In this document: positions 27,855-37,414 of the stretch, piece after piece | How positions within the stretch are numbered: the first letter of the stretch is position 1 | Layout: each line of letters starts with the position of its first letter | Source: a virus | Virus record (IMG/VR): IMGVR_UViG_2928929829_000001 | Coordinates: 16 to 64,015 of that record | Reading direction: 5' to 3' (one strand) | DNA length: 64,000 nucleotides | Translations under genes and position numbers: made by a program | Notes under the pieces: generated by a model | Seen by the model: the letters and a program-made list of their open reading frames with translations, nothing else | What the model was told of the DNA's origin: nothing | Database searches by the model: none

Positions 27855-30800
27855 TTATGTAGTTTGGGTTTGAATATAATTTGAATAAGCACCATACGTT
27901 GCTGTTCTAATTCTAAACTCATATATGGAGTTAGGATCTAAACCATTGAAATCTTGAATATAACTGAAGTTATTGTCATACTGGACATCCCTAAATAAAG
28001 GACTTGACCATAAGGCTGTTCCTGATTTTCTAAAGGAAAGCTCATGACCTCTGATTCCGCACTGTGACTCTGACCCATTCCATGCAACTCTTATAGTATC
28101 AGGAATCAATTCATCCCACATCGCTGTAAAAATTTGTGGAGGAGTTACTGTTCCATACTTGTCGCGATAATCCCAAATCATATATAGAATTTGATCATCT
28201 GAAATTTTATTGAAATTAAATGTTGCAGAGTGAATTAGATTAAATCCATCTAAATTGTTAGTCTCTGTAATAAGTAAAGTAGATTCATTCATTATGGCTT
28301 CAAAATCGTTTTCAGTGAATAAAACATTTGATATTAAATAACCAAGTCTATTACAGTTTTTTGAGAATTTCCCGGAGCTAGAAGTGTCTTCTAGAATTTG
28401 CATAGTAACTAGAGATCCGTTTTCTGGGAATTTACCGACTCCTTGTATTCCTGACTCGACTTCAAATAAACTTACTGGATAACTATCAATAAAATAATTC
28501 GAGTTATAAAATGAACTACTGCCCCACTTCACACGATTATTAATTACAGATCCCTGGTCATTAATGTCAGTTAAAATGATGTTTATTATTTTTAAAGTTT
28601 TACCAACAGGACATGCGTTCGAAATTTGAAAAGAAATTTTTTCTGTTTCAGGAATAACCTTTGAGTTTACTACTCCATTTACACTAGGTACTTCAACATA
28701 AATTTCAATTGCACCAAGTCCTGAAGCATTGTTTTTAACAAATTGTTGGCCCATGTAATTAGCTAAAATAGTTGCAAAACCTTCTGTAACATTATAGTTA
28801 AGTGTTGTTGTTCCTCTAAACTCATTTAATTTAAAGTCAATTTCTGTAACAGTGTCTACTTGATAGTATTGACCAAGGACATTACACCCAAATTCTGGTA
28901 CTTCAACTTCATTATCTCCTATTGTGATTTGATAAAATTGATTATAAGGATCAAATCCACCGATAATTCTAGAGTTTGCATTTTCGGTTAGCTCTTTTCT
29001 AAAGAATCCCTCCATACCATATACGATTGGAGATATTCCGTTATTAGATAATCTCCAAACTAGACCACGTTTAGCGTCCACTCCGTAAACTCTATTTCCG
29101 TGTGTTGCGAATGATTCCGGATGACTTAGTCCATATTCTCCTGCATATGGTATGTACTCTCCCAGAACGTATGGTACTTTGGCAACATTCGTCGATCCAT
29201 CAGCATTATACATCGCATCTTTACCGAAAAGTACTTGTCCAATTTTATCTAACTGACAAACCAATAAGTTTCCTTCTCGCCCGAGTAAATGAGAAATACT
29301 TCCGTTATTTTTATCTAATTCTTTCCAATTTAATTTAACTGGATTAAAACTATTTAGCCCGTTTATACCAGCGCTCTCAACATAGGAATCTGAATAAGTG
29401 ACATCCGAATAACGAGTAACTTCTCCATATTCTTCTGTTGATGTAGTAGTAGGTTGTAAATCAATATTAAGATAGTTCTTGTTGAACATGTCCTTGATTT
29501 TATAACTCTCAACTCCGTTACCGAAATTGAAACAGTTATAAAAACTGTCTAGTGAAATTTCTGCAGCATTTCCATTAGTCTGATTTAATATGTTTCCTTG
29601 ATGTTGACCGTTTACAATTTTAAACACCTCTTCAGTTTGGTAGAAAATTCCTGTATCAGCAGTACGTTTGGGTTCAGTTTCAAATACATATAGCCCAGAA
29701 TCGGCTGTTCTTACAATTAGTTTAAAATCTACGTGAGCTGTCCTTCCTCCGCTCAACCCAGATTTGGTACCTTTTACAGTTAAATACTCTTTACCGTTTT
29801 TATTCTCCCAATATATTCTTCCTGCATAATTATCATGTTCTTGATTTTCAGCAACGACATTTCCATACAGAATCGATTGATTCAAAACATTTTGATTTAC
29901 CCAATCTTTTAAAGAATTATAATGAACTTGAGTAGTGTAGTTTTTCTCTAATGTATTATACCTCCAACCTCTATCAGGACGATGATTTGAGTCTATAAAA
30001 AGATAAACTGATGACCCAACAGGTATTTCAAAATCTCCTTCAATATTTAGATCCGTGAGTGCGTACGGGTAATTACCTGAGCCTTTTTGTGAACCATTTC
30101 CAGAATAAGAGTAATTTCTAAAATTTAGCTTACCCATTATAAAACCATCTGGTTTAATCTTCATGTATAACCCCGCTTGCTCTATTAAATCGGTACCAGA
30201 CGAATCTTTATTACCTGTTATAAAATCTTTAGGTTGAGATTTTACTTCAAGAACTGGTGTTTTAATTATATTTTGAATTGGTTTACCGCCAATAGATTTT
30301 AAAATTATCACATCACCTTCCTTAACTTTGTCTTTATTACTTCCTTCTAACTTACACCAAGTATATAATTCTTCATCATAAAAAATATTGATAAATATAT
30401 TTTCATAACTCAAAGGCGATGACTTGACAGCAAACTTAAAACTAGTAGCCCATTTAGGAGGTTTATTGTTAATTCGTATTCTTAATTTTGATTGTTTTTC
30501 AAGATCAGTTTGAGCGACAAATGCTGTATTATTTAAAGACGTCAAAGCTGTAGTGCCCCTTTTAAAATCATCCTGATACAATATTGCAACTTCATAATCT
30601 CGATTTGTTTTTAATGAATTAGAGTCATTGATTAATCTATTAGAAAAGCTGGAGGGATCGGTTATATTAAAGTTAAAAGCTAAATTATTACTTGCATTAC
30701 TTGGGTCTTGAATTCTCCCCCATGTAAGACCAAAAAGCACATTACCATTACTTTCAGCTATTGTATAAAGTTTAGGATATTCAATTACGGCCCAACTGGG

Positions 30801-32168
30801 ATAACTTTCAAAAATTAAATTATCTTTAATCTTCTGATTTATGATCTCTATAAATCCCTCAAAGTCCGGCTGACTATATACCCCATGTGCAGTTGAAAAA
30901 TTAGATGACACCACAAAATCAGTACTATCCGAAAACGCCACATTATTAGTGATTTTACTCCTGAATTCTAGAAAAAACGTAAGAACAGAGCCTTCAATAA
31001 AGGTCTGACCCTGTGACGCAAATAAGAAAAAACCACCTATGCTGTTATCAAAACCATATTTTAAATAATTGATCACATCTAAGGGTTTCTTTGAGATCGA
31101 TACTTCGTAATCAACATTTATCTTTTTATTTGATGAGTCCATCAAGTCATATCCCTCAGTATAATTACCAACAATAAGCCGATTACCTATTGTAGTAAGA
31201 GCTTTGGCTCGTCTCGGTACATTGTCAAATTGTTTAAAAAATTCATTTTCAGGTAAAACCTTGTATAGCTTATTATTTGAGTAATTAAATGATTTTTCAA
31301 TATTATCTCCCCAGGAATTTTTCTTTTTATTAAAGCTTTCAATAATGTATTCGGTATTTGAATTACTTTCTTTAGCAATAACTTGAATTTCCAAAACTCT
31401 TTTATCTCCGGTGTTAATAATCACAGAAATGGCGTTGAATTGATTGACCATCGAAACATTGTCTAAAGTTTCATAATCAATCTTGTATCCTTTGGGATAA
31501 AACTTATAATTAGTGACTGGGCTCAAAGCCGAATAATCACCATCAAGATATTTGTATCTGTATGCAAACGAAATGAACTTTTCTTCAATATTATTACCTA
31601 ATCCTAGTGAATAGGTATACTTAGTCTTTGGCGCAAAAAGTGGCGGCTTCTTTATTAAATAGATGTCCTCTTTCTCAAATCCATTTGCTCCATATTCTTT
31701 TGCTCGCTCAATATTGATACAGCATATTTCCATATTGTTATCTGTCCAAACAAGCATATCCTTTTTAGTATCCTCAGAAATAATTTTGCATATACCTGTG
31801 ATCTTTCCTTTCTTTTGTAAATTCAAGATTCTAGTTGAAGCTGGACGGGTATCTTCCAATAAAATACTTACTGACTTGGTATCTAAAGAATATTCAATCA
31901 AATAAGCACCCCGATTTGACCTCACAAACCAATAAACTTTCCGCTTGGTTTCGTCAGATAATCCGCCTAATGTTTCTGCGCCAGAACCTAAATTAAGATT
32001 TGTAAGTCTTTTGTTCGAAAGCGTTTTTTCTATAGCTCCAACATCTGACCCTTCAGAAGTATTTACAATCACATTTTCAGCATGACGAAAATAGCCATTA
32101 GGAAGTAATCGCTCATCAATATCTTGGTTCATTATTCCTTTTTCGAATGTTCTTCTGATATCTGGCAT
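27855..32168 (-). CDS. Tail muzzle/stabilisation protein (tail tubular B-like) with C-terminal Fn3-like domain
   Basis: 'GIMNQDIDERLLPNGYFRHAEN' N-terminus, beta-propeller-like 'GEYGLSHPESFATHGNRVYGVD'; ends with 'IRVAWN...GLDPNSIYEFRIRT'. Confidence 0.7.
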   Translation of the reverse strand: MPDIRRTFEKGIMNQDIDERLLPNGYFRHAENVIVNTSEGSDVGAIEKTLSNKRLTNLNLGSGAETLGGLSDETKRKVYWFVRSNRGAYLIEYSLDTKSVSILLEDTRPASTRILNLQKKGKITGICKIISEDTKKDMLVWTDNNMEICCINIERAKEYGANGFEKEDIYLIKKPPLFAPKTKYTYSLGLGNNIEEKFISFAYRYKYLDGDYSALSPVTNYKFYPKGYKIDYETLDNVSMVNQFNAISVIINTGDKRVLEIQVIAKESNSNTEYIIESFNKKKNSWGDNIEKSFNYSNNKLYKVLPENEFFKQFDNVPRRAKALTTIGNRLIVGNYTEGYDLMDSSNKKINVDYEVSISKKPLDVINYLKYGFDNSIGGFFLFASQGQTFIEGSVLTFFLEFRSKITNNVAFSDSTDFVVSSNFSTAHGVYSQPDFEGFIEIINQKIKDNLIFESYPSWAVIEYPKLYTIAESNGNVLFGLTWGRIQDPSNASNNLAFNFNITDPSSFSNRLINDSNSLKTNRDYEVAILYQDDFKRGTTALTSLNNTAFVAQTDLEKQSKLRIRINNKPPKWATSFKFAVKSSPLSYENIFINIFYDEELYTWCKLEGSNKDKVKEGDVIILKSIGGKPIQNIIKTPVLEVKSQPKDFITGNKDSSGTDLIEQAGLYMKIKPDGFIMGKLNFRNYSYSGNGSQKGSGNYPYALTDLNIEGDFEIPVGSSVYLFIDSNHRPDRGWRYNTLEKNYTTQVHYNSLKDWVNQNVLNQSILYGNVVAENQEHDNYAGRIYWENKNGKEYLTVKGTKSGLSGGRTAHVDFKLIVRTADSGLYVFETEPKRTADTGIFYQTEEVFKIVNGQHQGNILNQTNGNAAEISLDSFYNCFNFGNGVESYKIKDMFNKNYLNIDLQPTTTSTEEYGEVTRYSDVTYSDSYVESAGINGLNSFNPVKLNWKELDKNNGSISHLLGREGNLLVCQLDKIGQVLFGKDAMYNADGSTNVAKVPYVLGEYIPYAGEYGLSHPESFATHGNRVYGVDAKRGLVWRLSNNGISPIVYGMEGFFRKELTENANSRIIGGFDPYNQFYQITIGDNEVEVPEFGCNVLGQYYQVDTVTEIDFKLNEFRGTTTLNYNVTEGFATILANYMGQQFVKNNASGLGAIEIYVEVPSVNGVVNSKVIPETEKISFQISNACPVGKTLKIINIILTDINDQGSVINNRVKWGSSSFYNSNYFIDSYPVSLFEVESGIQGVGKFPENGSLVTMQILEDTSSSGKFSKNCNRLGYLISNVLFTENDFEAIMNESTLLITETNNLDGFNLIHSATFNFNKISDDQILYMIWDYRDKYGTVTPPQIFTAMWDELIPDTIRVAWNGSESQCGIRGHELSFRKSGTALWSSPLFRDVQYDNNFSYIQDFNGLDPNSIYEFRIRTATYGAYSNYIQTQTT

Positions 32169-32169
32169 A

Positions 32170-32991
32170 TTATAAGTGTTTAGCTATTTGTAGTAAGTCG
32201 AAATTTGCACGAGCCATTTTTGCTTTATGCAGCGAAGATTTATATATGTTTGAAGCTCTTAATTTCTCATTGGCCGGCACGTTTCTATTTCTTTCAATGC
32301 AAGCGTGGTAAATAAAATCCTCGATTGATTTTTGTAGGTATTTATGCACAGTGATTTCTTCTTCTCGTAATCCAGCTTGCAATCCATCAGAAACATATTC
32401 GATTACAACTTCCTTGTCCATCAGATCAGAACTGAAAAGAAATTTACCGGCCCTTTCATCAACTTTAAAGTGACCATATTTAGATAGCTTAGCTGTGTCT
32501 ACAGAGCTCCCAGAGCATCCACTAGGGATTGAATACTTTTTATAAGGCTTTGCGTAGCCATTTAAAGAATCAGCCGTTAAAATCCCTCCTTTCTCATCAA
32601 ATAGAATTTCTCCTTTATGGTCCTGAAGATATCCAACAGCAGTAGATATACTCTCATTGATATCTAAAGGCTGCAAATAGAAACCTCCATTTGAAGTATT
32701 GAACACAACTACCGATACGCGAACATAATTCACGTAGTCCTGTGGAACTATTACAACGAGATTATCTGGAACAGTAATCTCAAATGCGAGAACATCATTA
32801 GCAGCGCTTTTATTGACTTCTTTAATCGCTTGTAATGCATAATGAAATAGTCGAAACCTCTTTATATTTCTTAAATAACTATCATCATCCATTGCTCCTA
32901 AAAGCATGTTATCGATAATATCTTTTAAAGAAATGTATTGGTAATTTCCGTGTTGACTTTCGTCATTATAATATTGATGTGGTGTTGTCAT
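32170..32991 (-). CDS. Tail ring/adaptor protein
   Basis: 'GNYQYISLKDIIDNM', 'VPQDYVNYVRVS', 'VVIEYVSDG'; crAss-type ring-protein position. Confidence 0.65.
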   Translation of the reverse strand: MTTPHQYYNDESQHGNYQYISLKDIIDNMLLGAMDDDSYLRNIKRFRLFHYALQAIKEVNKSAANDVLAFEITVPDNLVVIVPQDYVNYVRVSVVVFNTSNGGFYLQPLDINESISTAVGYLQDHKGEILFDEKGGILTADSLNGYAKPYKKYSIPSGCSGSSVDTAKLSKYGHFKVDERAGKFLFSSDLMDKEVVIEYVSDGLQAGLREEEITVHKYLQKSIEDFIYHACIERNRNVPANEKLRASNIYKSSLHKAKMARANFDLLQIAKHL

Positions 32992-33683
32992 TAGTTCGCG
33001 TTTTCTTGATTGAATTCAATATTCTCTTTGGTCATGGTGATTTGCTGTAAGTCTTGTTCTTTGAGATTAATACCTAATAGCTGAAGCGTTTTTAAAACCA
33101 CATTACTAAATTCACTTTTGTGCAAATCGATATCCTGAAAATCTAGCGCACTCGGATTGTATATTTCAGTCCCATTAGCAACGAAATAAGTCCATTTAGG
33201 GATTTTTGGGTTTCTTAGATAACTAATAGTAACCTTATCGATTATCGTTGAAGGAGCTATCTTTATTTGATCAGCATATTTATTATAAACGGGATATTGA
33301 TTTGTAGCGATTTTCTTAACTAAGTTGAATTCACTATTTGATTTTGTATTTTCAACCTCAACCTCATTGCAAAAAACAGCATCAATAAACCTTAAATCAC
33401 TTGGCCACACAAAATACCCATCCTTATAAATCATGGGCTTATTTTCAACTAAAAAGTGATTAAGCTTTTCTCTAATTCTGTCAGGTATATTTTCAATATC
33501 TCGTCCAATTAATCCCTTATTCTGCCGATTAAGCATTCGGTTTAAATCAGGAAGGTACTCTTCATATATCTCATTAATCACTTTGTTAATGAAAAGTCTT
33601 ATCTCAGATGGCTTACTGTTTCCTCTAATATCTGAATTTGCTAAAGCAAGAACCGTTTTATAAACTAAATCAATTGAAATCAT
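32991..33683 (-). CDS. Tail ring/adaptor protein
   Basis: MISIDLVYKTVLALANSDIRG...'ISYLRNPKIPKWTY'; start re-assigned to 33683 because the upstream ATG lies within the promoter. Confidence 0.65.
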   Translation of the reverse strand: MISIDLVYKTVLALANSDIRGNSKPSEIRLFINKVINEIYEEYLPDLNRMLNRQNKGLIGRDIENIPDRIREKLNHFLVENKPMIYKDGYFVWPSDLRFIDAVFCNEVEVENTKSNSEFNLVKKIATNQYPVYNKYADQIKIAPSTIIDKVTISYLRNPKIPKWTYFVANGTEIYNPSALDFQDIDLHKSEFSNVVLKTLQLLGINLKEQDLQQITMTKENIEFNQENAN

Positions 33684-33700
33684 ATCGTTATGTTTAGATA

Positions 33701-33742
33701 CAAAGATAAACAAATATATATCCGATATATTTTAAGATATAT
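33701..33742 (-). promoter_or_regulatory. Late-type promoter with tripartite operator, site 2 (inverted)
   Basis: CAAAGATA at 33701-33708; ATATATC-C-GATATAT-TTTAA-GATATAT at 33716-33742. Confidence 0.75.
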
Positions 33743-33751
33743 TGAATTTAC

Positions 33752-33783
33752 AAAAAACGCCTGACTTAAAAATAAATCAGGCG
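33752..33783 (-). terminator. Intrinsic terminator after the capsid operon
   Basis: CGCCTGA/TCAGGCG stem with a T6 tract on the minus strand. Confidence 0.7.
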
Positions 33784-33811
33784 AAATTCAATAGAGAAAA
33801 AAAGCAGGGTA

Positions 33812-34873
33812 TTATTGTTCGTTTATCTTGTCAAGAAGCCACGTTAAATCATTTTTTTTATTTACTGGAGCAGCAACTCCTTTTTTCTCAAGATAAAGAG
33901 CTTGTGCTTGATCGAGAGATAAAGCCATTGGCGTTGTTACAGATTCTGTTATTGTGCCAGTACTAGCGAGAGCAGCATTGTTTTTTAATAACTGTCGCAA
34001 TTCCTCAATTTCCCGATCTTTATTCGCGAGTTCTTGATCTTTAGCATTGATAGTTGCGTCTTTCTGAGAAAGAATTGCAGACGAATCATTTTTAATTAAA
34101 CCGATACTTTGTTTTGTTTTTGCATCAATGCGAGTACTGATTTCTTGTAAAGTGTTTCTTGCATTATCAGAATCCGATGCAAGCAAGTTTCCAAGCTTCT
34201 CATTACCATTTTCGCCTACAGCAACATTTATAATCGCTTGTTCATTATCTGTCCATATGACTGCCGTATGTCCGATGTTGTTTTTCACGACACCAACGAT
34301 ATATGCCATCGATGCGATGTATTGCGATTGGTAATCAGCTTTTACAATTTTAGAAATAATCTTGTCTGGATCGTTAAAAGCTAAGGCCTTTAATTTTGAT
34401 TTAGCGTGAACTTCTGTCCAATTATAAGCATCATATCCAAAAATAAGCATTGCGATTGCTCGAAGTTCGTTGATGTCCTCCTTATTGATCAAAGCAAGTG
34501 CTTTCTCTTTGTTTTCAAAACTAGCCAATGCTTTTTCTGATTCCAATTCTTCAGAGAAAATAGAAAACTTCTTATCGTAATCTGGATGACTTGTAAGCCA
34601 TTTAATTAAAGCTACATTACTGTTCTTAACGACTAGTTCTGTACGATTTGTACCGTTGTTAAATTCAAAAGGGGGAACTAATGACTTTTGGGCATCTTTA
34701 TTCTTTTTAAGAATATCTTCTTCATATATATCTGTTTGCCCTGGATAATATCCAATAAATTTTAATCCCTCACCAGGTTTTTCAATCATCAAATCATATT
34801 GTTTCGGTGACCAGCTTTGAGGTTTAATATCTAGTATCAAAACAAATGTTGTAGTTGTTTTTGTCTGTGTCAT
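33812..34873 (-). CDS. Structural/cargo protein following MCP
   Basis: 353 aa directly after MCP; coiled coil and small C-terminal helical domain. Confidence 0.55.
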   Translation of the reverse strand: MTQTKTTTTFVLILDIKPQSWSPKQYDLMIEKPGEGLKFIGYYPGQTDIYEEDILKKNKDAQKSLVPPFEFNNGTNRTELVVKNSNVALIKWLTSHPDYDKKFSIFSEELESEKALASFENKEKALALINKEDINELRAIAMLIFGYDAYNWTEVHAKSKLKALAFNDPDKIISKIVKADYQSQYIASMAYIVGVVKNNIGHTAVIWTDNEQAIINVAVGENGNEKLGNLLASDSDNARNTLQEISTRIDAKTKQSIGLIKNDSSAILSQKDATINAKDQELANKDREIEELRQLLKNNAALASTGTITESVTTPMALSLDQAQALYLEKKGVAAPVNKKNDLTWLLDKINEQ

Positions 34874-34890
34874 AATTTATTTTATAATAT

Positions 34891-34920
34891 ATCCTGAAGC
34901 CATAAATACAACTTCAGGAT
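34891..34920. other. Hairpin between MCP and the next gene (partial terminator or mRNA stabiliser)
   Basis: ATCCTGAAG/CTTCAGGAT 9-bp inverted repeat, no strong U tract. Confidence 0.5.
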
Positions 34921-34929
34921 AAAGATTAA

Positions 34930-36270
34930 TTAATATCCAATAAAGTAATTATTAAGAGCAATAGCTCTATTTGTTCCTTCCGTAATAAGTTCCACAGAAG
35001 AGGTATCATCCTTAGATTGTTGACCTAAAACCCCCCAAAACTTTGTCTGCTTGTTACGATTTACTAGATCGTTCTGTCTATATAAAATATCCAAATATGG
35101 CCTTGTAATTGCATTTCCATTCTCTGTTATATGAGTCACGCCAGAAGGGATTCCTAAATATTTCAATTCAGACGATTTAAATTTAGCTGCTCCTAGTAAA
35201 GTAGGGTCATCTAGTACGGACCATGAAGTAAAATGGAATTGTACCCCATCAATTTTGACAGACACAAAATCTAAATTTAAGGCCATGTCCTTATCATTAT
35301 TAAACGCACCGTAATTTGAGCCATTTAAAAAGGAAGAATTTACACCAGACATCATCTCTCTAAAAAGAGCCATTTGATCGTGATCAACATAATAAGTAAA
35401 CTCACGACAAGTTCCTTGTTGTTTGGCTCGTTTCGCTAGATTAGATAAATCCTTGGTCGATCTGATATAATCTTCAGCAATATTACCATGCATTTTAACT
35501 TGTTGAGCTAATCCGAACATCCCTTGATCAAAGTTAGCCTTAGCAGAATCTGAATTATCATGGGCTCTCTCATGTAATACCAATGTTAATTCCCATTGAT
35601 TATCAAAAGAAGTATAAAAACGCTCCATTTCAAAATTCACCCATTTAGGACCAGCAGGAGTTTCGATCCAAGTAGAATTCGCTAAATCCGAGTCAGATAC
35701 TTTAAAAAAATCTTTATGAACATGCGTATAGTTCATTCTCATTTTAGGATCCCACTTTTTACCAACTTCAAATGGAGTATCCCCTTTTCTAAATCTAGAA
35801 GAGAAATCAGCCATTACATCAACATTACCTTCTGTAAAAGGCTCAAGTCCATCATTCAAAGCAATAAATTTCTTATCAGAAATAACACTACTTACAATTG
35901 CCTGGAACACTTTATCCCCATCAGTAATACGAATTACATCTCTCGGTCTTAACTTGTGATCCGCTGTCGAAGTAAATTCATTTCCAACAACTACAACATC
36001 TTTCAAAAGATTATGTAATCTATTAGTTACTGCATACTGAATGTAATCATTTTGATAAGGCTCGCTTTTACCTTTTGAGACAGCTTTAATAAGTCCTAAA
36101 ATTGAACCTTTACCATTTTCGTAAACTAATTCTTTCATCAATCCCGGTTGAAACTGAGACGAATAATTTAATAAACTAGTAAAATTCTCAGGAGTTCTTC
36201 TGAGCTCATTGTTTGTATCTGTAATTACAGATAAACCATTTAAATTGTTTTCGTTTAATTGAAAAGCCAT
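34930..36270 (-). CDS. Major capsid protein
   Basis: 446 aa after portal and scaffold; HK97-like features ('NYTHVHKDFFKVSDSD', 'LDFVSVKIDGVQFHF', 'ELITEGTNRAIALNNY'). Confidence 0.8.
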   Translation of the reverse strand: MAFQLNENNLNGLSVITDTNNELRRTPENFTSLLNYSSQFQPGLMKELVYENGKGSILGLIKAVSKGKSEPYQNDYIQYAVTNRLHNLLKDVVVVGNEFTSTADHKLRPRDVIRITDGDKVFQAIVSSVISDKKFIALNDGLEPFTEGNVDVMADFSSRFRKGDTPFEVGKKWDPKMRMNYTHVHKDFFKVSDSDLANSTWIETPAGPKWVNFEMERFYTSFDNQWELTLVLHERAHDNSDSAKANFDQGMFGLAQQVKMHGNIAEDYIRSTKDLSNLAKRAKQQGTCREFTYYVDHDQMALFREMMSGVNSSFLNGSNYGAFNNDKDMALNLDFVSVKIDGVQFHFTSWSVLDDPTLLGAAKFKSSELKYLGIPSGVTHITENGNAITRPYLDILYRQNDLVNRNKQTKFWGVLGQQSKDDTSSVELITEGTNRAIALNNYFIGY

Positions 36271-36272
36271 AA

Positions 36273-37322
36273 TTATTTTTGTTTAAGGTCAGATAATGAC
36301 ATCAACGTAACTCCGTATTTACTAGGAGTAGTTAGTCCCTCTTGATTTGTAAAATTCACATTTCCCCTTACTTTTAATGTCTCTTCAATCGCTTCCGCCC
36401 TTGCTTTTTGGATGATTGAAGAAATGGCTTTTTCTCTATTTTCTGGCCTTAACCAAAACACATCCTCACCGAATGATTTGTGGTTAAACCCTTTTTCGGT
36501 ATGGTAATTCTCTTGAATGAACTTATCTATATCCGACACAATCGATATGGCACTGCCCCTATCTTCATCAGAATATTCATAAGCGAAATTCAATTCTTTT
36601 TCCACTCCATTATCATCAATCACAGTTTTAAAACTAGCTGCCGTAACACTGTTCACCGCATCCGTTGCGTTTTTAATATGCGTTTGATGGTTAGAAACCA
36701 TTACCTCGTAATCTGATTTTTTGATAACAGCTCCATTATGGAGCTTTACAAATTCATCTTGATTGGTTGGTGTGGTTGGTTCTACTTTTTTAACTGGTTG
36801 CTTAAATTTCTCTTGTTCAGAAATTCGAGCATCCTTTATTGTTTTTCCATATCCAGCTAATTTGATTGAATCCGAAGAACTTAAGTCTTCTAATGATTCT
36901 ATACCAAGTTGATTTTCTAAATACTCATCTATTTGTTCATCTGTAAATTGCGATCCGGTCTCTTGACGAACTCTTTCGCGAGCAAATTCAATTGGAGAAA
37001 TGGCGTTTAAATCTTGGTTTAAAGTTTTGAATTCTTCTCTACCTCTACCGGTTTCTTGTTTGAATTTGAAATACGCCTTATCTTCGTCATCTGCCAATTC
37101 TTCCCATGGATTTACTTCTCTTGTTTCGATAACTGGCTCGGGAGTTTTCAATAACTCATCTAAAGAAGTAACGTCTCTGCCTTTATCTTTTAAAAACGAT
37201 AGAACAGCTTCTTCAGTTAATGGTGAGACTTCTGTAGTAGTATTATTCCCTGCTCCTTCGTTACCTAAATTTGGTAAGTCTGGATTTTCATTGTTTTCTT
37301 CAGTACTAGCTTCTTGTGACAT
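36273..37322 (-). CDS. Capsid scaffolding protein
   Basis: Acidic, helical protein between portal and MCP. Confidence 0.7.
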   Translation of the reverse strand: MSQEASTEENNENPDLPNLGNEGAGNNTTTEVSPLTEEAVLSFLKDKGRDVTSLDELLKTPEPVIETREVNPWEELADDEDKAYFKFKQETGRGREEFKTLNQDLNAISPIEFARERVRQETGSQFTDEQIDEYLENQLGIESLEDLSSSDSIKLAGYGKTIKDARISEQEKFKQPVKKVEPTTPTNQDEFVKLHNGAVIKKSDYEVMVSNHQTHIKNATDAVNSVTAASFKTVIDDNGVEKELNFAYEYSDEDRGSAISIVSDIDKFIQENYHTEKGFNHKSFGEDVFWLRPENREKAISSIIQKARAEAIEETLKVRGNVNFTNQEGLTTPSKYGVTLMSLSDLKQK

Positions 37323-37355
37323 AATCAATACAATAGATTAAACTTATAGTTAAGA

Positions 37356-37399
37356 CAAAGATAATAGATTTTACATATCAATTGATATATCTGATATAT
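37356..37399 (-). promoter_or_regulatory. Late-type promoter with tripartite operator, site 3
   Basis: CAAAGATA at 37356-37363; ACATATC-AATTG-ATATATC-T-GATATAT at 37373-37399. Confidence 0.75.
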
Positions 37400-37414
37400 A
37401 TTTTAAATAAAAAA

